Below, piece by piece: positions 62,101 through 64,000 of a DNA stretch of 64,000 nt (positions within the stretch are counted from its first letter, which is position 1; every line of letters begins with the position of its first letter). Under the pieces are notes generated by a model. That model saw only the letters and a list, made by a program, of their open reading frames with translations, ran no database searches and was not told the DNA's origin. The stretch covers positions 1 through 64,000 of the forward strand of contig CAWGYA010000008.1 in assembly GCA_963826715.1 (NCBI GenBank), given 5' to 3'. Source of the stretch: Candidatus Bathyarchaeota archaeon (GTDB taxonomy: Archaea; Thermoproteota; Bathyarchaeia; Bathyarchaeales; Bathycorpusculaceae). The translations under genes and the position numbers were made by a program.

Positions 62101-62195
62101 ATTATTAAAATCGCTATTAATAATACGCCTGAGCTGAAATTTTTAAACCTCATTCTAACATGTTCTCCTCTCAACGCCTTATGTTGAGTATTCAC
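59160..62195 (-). CDS. Secreted GH39-like (clan GH-A) glycoside hydrolase with two identical P/T/S linker plus beta-sandwich modules
   Basis: Signal peptide (start probably MRFKN), acid/base YEIINEP, DFLSYHDY, nucleophile region IKSE. The module VFADNFES...GQWYCVELHW...IYADE occurs twice. Confidence 0.8.
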   Translation of the reverse strand: MNTQHKALRGEHVRMRFKNFSSGVLLIAILIISVFITFLPNNQVSGLTPIDINLNTSKIVTQNTLALGFQLDGGEISLWRQSSSLRELAESANFKMVRVFNNFIEPCTSWSESTRTGTWSWTSVDDLVKKILDSGAEPLIVLGFYSWASNSLVTPQGMSKNPTTGLPNSASWGAYCAAWAAHFKSAGLQVRYYEIINEPFQYWKNDGWPTAQPKLGYFMDLYNSAAKAMRAVNPNVKLGNDASTMKGVLDYFISNGERLDFLSYHDYATGTSSTSDAQILQAAETKGIVETRSYYGVENARQLYKNAKGIQLEVIKSEDNVNYQYSSGTDPRIQQMLGAVYNALCIRTFVLNNYNYRVYFHLSDSASAQQIKPSGGAGFGMINNDNLKPWYPYFAQQMFSSNIAVGDNVLDSSSTSNDVRAITWQHQDKINVLLICQVNEARSVNLHGLTGQLSFSKIDNSISWKTPQLQTGVINAQNTLSLNGYTVMLLQSGSQDPPYSTPTPTPAPSATPKPTVSPTPRPSPTLSPTPAPTPTSTPSPSNVVFADNFESQSFNQWTNTKISSGESASVVRLNRDSGLYSAKFTSNGGSNTEDAYVYKTISESEVYARAYFYVANGLPLADNSDRFYLTELMAGSQYLAGVGIRHNNGVDQWVLYARSGSGWVGPFYVSSSSVSAGQWYCVELHWKQSSTGGVVELFINGVRVQQITGLNTGTYGEVTSAIFGLSSATGVQNNLEIYADECTISRTYIGQSGSQDPPYSTPTPTPAPSATPKPTVSPTPRPSPTLSPTPAPTPTSTPSPSNVVFADNFESQSFNQWTNTKISSGESASVVRLNRDSGLYSAKFTSNGGSNTEDAYVYKTISESEVYARAYFYVANGLPLADNSDRFYLTELMAGSQYLAGVGIRHNNGVDQWVLYARSGSGWVGPFYVSSSSVSAGQWYCVELHWKQSSTGGVVELFINGVRVQQITGLNTGTYGEVTSAIFGLSSATGVQNNLEIYADECTISRTYIGP
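59165..60725. repeat. 780-bp tandem duplication within the GH39-like gene
   Basis: Line-by-line comparison of 59165-59945 with 59945-60725 shows only two differences (59469/60249 and 59595/60375), both synonymous. Confidence 0.97.
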
Positions 62196-62424
62196 ATATA
62201 AGAGTTAGTGAAAAAAAGATTTAAGATGCAAACACAATGTAAACATCTATGAAACATTAGTTTTCATATAATGTAGAAAATGAGCTTAATTGTGGCATCA
62301 TGTTTTTTCTCGACACTCTAAGTTGCTCTGAGCACACCATTGCTTTTTCACAAATCCCATAGGCGTAAATATGCTCTTAATCGAGGGAAGTTCGGGAATA
62401 TTCAAGTTCTCATTGATCTCAATA

Positions 62425-62557
62425 CTACAAATTCAAAACTACCACGCCAACAGCAACAATAAACAACCAACAAATTACTATTACCAGTTTAAATATTCCA
62501 ATCTTAAAAAACAATGACATATATCAGAACAAAAATAAAATCGCTATTAAGCATTAT
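62425..62557 (-). pseudogene. Direct repeat, copy 2: promoter plus 31-codon remnant of gene 58123..58749
   Basis: ATG 62520 gives MSLFFKIGIFKLVIVICWLFIVAVGVVVLNL*, versus MSLFFKVGRFKLVIVILLVVLIVAVGVLVLNS in the intact gene. Confidence 0.85.
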
Positions 62558-63299
62558 ATCTGATCCTGGAATATAAACCTCCAACTATCAAGTTGCTCCT
62601 GTTTGTGTTGTAGTGTCTAAATCTTTTATATACTCAAGTGATTCTAAATAACTCGTATGATTCGTTGTTGACTTCCTTAATTCACATACAAAGTTCTAAG
62701 TTGCCAAAAGACAACAACTCTCACATCAACCTACACCTTGACCACAATTTATGTAATCCAGTCCATTGGCTACTCTCACTATCACATAACATCTTCAGCT
62801 GAACTCAATCATCATAAACCATACTTCTATTTTGTTGCCTATTTTTAATAAAAATTTATCTAATATTTTTGTTTTTGCTGAACTTGCCTAATTAGAAAAG
62901 CTTTCGGGGCAGTATAAGGAGCTTCTTAAAAAAGTAAAGTTACGGACAAGCGGTTATAAACAACAAGGTTAATAGTTTAATTTCAAACAACATTAACTGA
63001 CCCTATAAAGAGTGATCAATTTAGTTCTCTCTGAGTTGAACAACGCATGATTAACATAGTCATAGAATACATTTATAGAATCAAAAATTTAACGCTAACT
63101 ATATTGTTTTCAACTACATTTGCAAAGTTGAAGAGGGCATCAAAAAGTATAGATAGATCTGTAGATTCAGTAGGGTTGTTGATGCCTCTTAAAATTAGCG
63201 AAAAAAATACATACGGGCACAGCTTTTTAGCTCTAAAGTGGATTTCTAATATAATCATTAAAAAATCAATTATGGTTTTTTATGTAAGTGTGATGTATT

Positions 63300-64000
63300 T
63301 TGGAATATGAATCAAACATACCTTTGCCAGTTAATAGCCTATCTGAGCTTTTAACTATCGTCGGAATTCCAGCTTATAATGCGGAAAAGACAATCGCACG
63401 GATTATCATTGAGGCACAAAAATATTGCCAAATCGTTGTGGTTTGCGATGATGGGTCAACTGATTATACAAAAGATATCGCAGAACATTTAGGGGCTCAT
63501 GTTATCGTGCATAAAAGAAATTTAGGATACGGGGCGGCCTTGCACAGTTTGTTTAATCAGGCAATAAAACTAAACGCTGATATTTTAGTAACCATAGATG
63601 CTGATGGACAACATAATCCATCCGAAATTCCGAGATTAATCGATAAAATGAAATTAGATCAAGGAGATGTCATTTTGGGTAGTCGATTTATTGAAAAAAA
63701 CGGTACATCTGAAATGCCTGCTTATAGGCAATTTGGGATAAAATTAATCACTTTGCTAAATAATAGATCTACAAAAAATGGTGTAACAGATGCACAAAGT
63801 GGATTTAGAGCATACAACAAAAACGCCATAAATCATCTTATTGATATATCAGAAAATGGCATGAGTGCAAGTATAGAACTTCTTCAGCTATCAAAAAAAC
63901 ACAATCTGAAAATCTCGGAAGTTGCAATAACATGCAAATATAGCAGCAGTACAAAAGAGGAAACATCATCTAAACATCCGATCTTTCACGGATTAGGTCT
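63300..64000 (+). CDS. Glycosyltransferase family 2, DPM1-like (3' end runs off the window)
   Basis: Not in the ORF track. IVGIPAYNAE, CDDGSTD, NLGYGAA, TIDADGQH, GSRF and DAQSGFRAY. TTG start at 63300 (alternative 63324). Confidence 0.92.
   Translation, partial: MEYESNIPLPVNSLSELLTIVGIPAYNAEKTIARIIIEAQKYCQIVVVCDDGSTDYTKDIAEHLGAHVIVHKRNLGYGAALHSLFNQAIKLNADILVTIDADGQHNPSEIPRLIDKMKLDQGDVILGSRFIEKNGTSEMPAYRQFGIKLITLLNNRSTKNGVTDAQSGFRAYNKNAINHLIDISENGMSASIELLQLSKKHNLKISEVAITCKYSSSTKEETSSKHPIFHGLG

Noticed and set aside
62560-63290. Long AT-rich spacer with ORFs 63047..63310 and 63073..63258
   Set aside because: No recognisable product or RBS; possibly eroded gene debris, but I cannot assign it.
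1-64000. tRNA, rRNA, CRISPR arrays, transposases, integrases, defence systems
   Set aside because: No cloverleaf/T-loop signatures, regular repeat-spacer arrays or recombinase/nuclease motifs seen by eye; tRNAscan-SE, Infernal and DefenseFinder would be needed to exclude them formally.

Overview
Archaeal chromosomal DNA, AT-rich, with TATA promoters, GGAGG/GGTGA ribosome-binding sites and many TTG/GTG starts. The gene content (large PQQ-like beta-propeller surface protein with a divergent TrmB regulator, DUF5752, DUF1616, PEF-type sorting signal) points to Bathyarchaeia; this is inference. I found no rRNA, tRNA, CRISPR array, integrase or transposase. The left half (1-34.3 kb) is mixed: GT2s, membrane proteins, GH15, a solute-binding protein plus histidine kinase, a copB remnant with an ArsR cluster, a GT4/(alpha/alpha)6/CBS/GH130 cluster, a type II icd and a MarR-MFS pair. 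The right half (34.3-64 kb) is a cell-envelope/extracellular-glycan locus: MacB/FtsX ABC system, DUF2206-like and DUF1616 membrane proteins, a DUF4129-DUF4350-MoxR-DUF58 operon, three paralogous GT-C-like genes, a 1370-aa multicopper oxidase with a lectin-like propeller, a GH39-like enzyme with a 780-bp near-perfect internal duplication, and a GT2. Items missed by the ORF track: an unannotated ~130-nt hairpin RNA candidate, a palindromic motif abutting four consecutive TATA boxes (including that RNA's), ArsR and TrmB operator candidates, a gene apparently starting at ATT, a frameshifted MarR, a small zinc-ribbon ORF, and 5'-gene-end duplications flanking both large surface enzymes. About a dozen single-base frameshifts, mostly in homopolymers, may be sequencing errors. 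All family calls are from motif recognition by eye, not database searches.
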